NCBI GenBank assembly: GCA_951406725.2
Contig: OX597823.1
Location: 25,978,001-26,042,000 of the forward strand
Origin: Octopus vulgaris
Lineage: Eukaryota
Direction of reading: 5' to 3'
DNA: 64,000 nucleotides
The position numbers were made by a program, and so were the translations under genes. The notes under the pieces were generated by a model. It had not been told where the DNA came from and did no database searches. It saw nothing but the letters and a program-made list of their open reading frames with translations. Shown here in pieces: positions 61,351-64,000 of the stretch; position 1 is the stretch's first letter, and the number at the start of each line of letters is the position of its first letter.

Positions 61351-63455
61351 ATGACCGAGAAATTTTCTTTGACTAAGTAGAGGGTCAACTTTCCATAAAT
61401 AGGAATGCTATAGTTGAATAAATCAAAAACCAGCATATTTGCCATAAACCCTTTTTCAATTCACTGCAGAATGAAACCTCATTATGTCATTGCTCACTTA
61501 TCTTATAGTGACTCTAGGTTTATCTGTCCTTATTGATCATTTGCAGGCTAGAGAGACTCCTGTGGTTGGATGATTAGTTCTAACCACTGACACCAAAATC
61601 AGAATTTGAATTCAGAATGCAGAAAGTCAGAGTGGATATAGCAAGGTCTAATGATTGTGTCAAGCCACTACTCTGGACTGGTATTTTATTAACTTTAACC
61701 CCAAAAAGGATGAAAGGTAAAGTTGACTTTGACACAATCTAAAATCAGAACACAGGGAATAAATATGGCAAGGCATTCTGGCATGCTAACAATTCTGCCA
61801 ATTTACCATCTTACTACTGATATTTTATCAAACTTTTGAAAGATTAAAGCAGTCCTTGACATGATTTGGTCTGAATAAATGAAGTGCCAAAATACAAAAT
61901 AAAACATCCAGTCTAGCATCTTGATATTATTCCATTTATAATTAATTTTACATTTACAATTTTTTCCAGTCACTTAATCAGGCCACACTGCATTACAGAG
62001 CCTCTGAGACTGGAGGAAGGGAAAAGTATCTTCTAACAGGAAACCTAGCCCAAATGCTAGCAGTGTGAGTTCCAGTAAAAGTACTTAAGTATCAGGTAGT
62101 GGTATTAAACAGGGTGACAATTTAAGCCTACCATCCAATCCATCCATCGCTTACTTATATGGGTTGGATGCATCTCCTTTAAATGTGTCATCTAAGACCA
62201 GTGAGAAGCAAGTAGGAATTTATCTTCAGGTTGGTGACCTGGCTCAAAGTTTTGCAAACAGTGAGTTCCAAGAAAAGGTAGCCAAGGGCCTAGTGGTGGT
62301 GTTGAATTGAATGACAGATTAAGTCTATCACCCAATTTATGATTCATTAAAAACAATGTGCCCAGCATTAAACAGAAAATCCCTTGAAGCATTAACTTCT
62401 TTCAATCTAACCATCTCCCCAACACACATCTTGCTAAGGTGTAAATAATAGTTCCATTAATGTAGAACCAACTGCTAAAATGATTATACTGAAGCAATTA
62501 TGTTATCATTACAAAACTCCCAAACCATACTGAAGTACAGAACTTTACATAGTGTCAGTTATAAAGCTATGAGTAACTTAAATGATGATAAAATACTAAT
62601 GAGCAAATGTACCAAGTAACTCATCAGCACTGCTGCTTGACCTACTAGAAATAGCAGCTAAATTTCCAGTCAATCACACCCCACCATCTTAAATAAGAAA
62701 ATAACACAAAGTCTTACATATCCCTAAAAAGACAGGGTGGTCATGGCTGGAGAGCTTTTGACTATAGGTCTACATAATCAAGTTGACATGGAGTTAAATA
62801 ATACATTTCAAAAAAAGTTTATTATAGCAGTTACTATCTACTTGGAAGTTCAATTGCAGTCATAAGATATAGATCTGTCTTATCACAATTTTTAAATTGT
62901 CATTGTTTTGCTATATTTTATTTTAATGAGATAAGCCAATTTTTGTTTTACATTAACACAGGTACAGGCATAATGGACTACAGGTTACATGGTCACAAGT
63001 GCTCCAAGTTGTAACTGCATTTGTCTAAGTCTGCCTGGCTGACAAAACAGGTTTCATTGCCATTTCATCATTCAGAGATTAGTAGCAGGAAGTGCCTAAC
63101 AACATTACATTGTGTTGTTACAAAGCAATGGTCTATTTATTTGCTTCAGTTTTTTGGCCAAGGTAGCTCACTGCACTTCATCTAAATTAGAAACCTGAAC
63201 ATTCTTACACTATGTAACTTGTAAGTATAATGTTAGTCTTCAATGTTTCTAAAAATACTGTTATTGCTGTTGCTAATTAGTTTTGATCAGCTGTACTTGT
63301 GAAGAACTAAATATAAAGGTTATGTCATCAAATATATAAAGCTTTCCCACAGGTTTTGGTACTCTAGATATACTAAATGGCTGTCTGTTTTGTGATCATG
63401 CTATACATTCTACCATGCATCAATATAGTGAGGACAATAGGATATATCACACATA

Positions 63456-63679
63456 CAGTAACCCCTCAACTATCATGGGTGTCACATTCCAAAACCTCCC
63501 ACAGAAATAATTAAAATCTAAAAAAATATAAATACCTATCAGCAGCAGAAACCCAGATATACTGAGGAGTTCACAATATAAATTTACATATATTAGCCAG
63601 AAAAATCTGCAATGTATTGAGTGAACCACGATGTATTGAGTGTGTGATAGGTGAACTGCAATATGGCAAGGAATTACTG
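63456..63679. mobile_element. pogo/Tigger-type MITE
   Basis: TA|CAGTAACCCCTC...GCAAGGAATTACTG|TA. Confidence 0.75.
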
Positions 63680-64000
63680 TATGTTGCTACACAATCTTCT
63701 AAATCATACTGATGATGACTACAACTTATGAGTTAACCAAGACGGATGGACAGTTGATATAAGAATGCTCATACTTCAATAATCATGTTATATTCAAACT
63801 CTGCAGGTTGATAGTCCAGCTAATATGACTAGCAATACTGCAGTTAGTTTAGGTATGTCTACATATCTATCATTAGCACTGTCACATCACTGCAGACTGG
63901 GTCTTTCTATCATCTTGTGCTAAGTTCCTGTGAATGCTATTTGTTAATTTCCTCATACTTCTTTTGAATTGCTATTAAAACCACACACAGTAGAAATATT

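Overview
AT-rich, microsatellite- and SINE-dense animal genomic DNA. The repeat repertoire looks like a coleoid cephalopod, most likely Octopus (inference). The window is dominated by one minus-strand gene, STAM (signal transducing adaptor molecule, an ESCRT-0 subunit). Fifteen coding exons were reconstructed by hand between 39443 and the stop at 5385. All have GT-AG junctions and consistent phases, total 1580 nt, and encode VHS, UIM, SH3, GAT/coiled-coil and a P/Q-rich tail ending QPLL*. The short ATG exon was not found and probably lies beyond 64000, so intron 1 exceeds 24 kb. The introns contain several tRNA-derived and RTE-related SINE families, RTE and CR1 LINE fragments, a solo LTR with a 4-bp TSD, a decayed Tc1/mariner transposase, and piggyBac-, hAT-, mariner- and pogo-type MITEs. 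The most notable observations are: (1) a TSD-flanked element combining a tRNA B-box, a hammerhead-ribozyme core and a Penelope-type inverted end (35193-35532); (2) a candidate in-frame 24-nt microexon in the VHS domain (29886-29909); (3) a young solo LTR carrying CRE and kappaB motifs; (4) several intronic inverted-repeat (dsRNA) clusters. Most ORFs in the supplied track are microsatellite or repeat artefacts.
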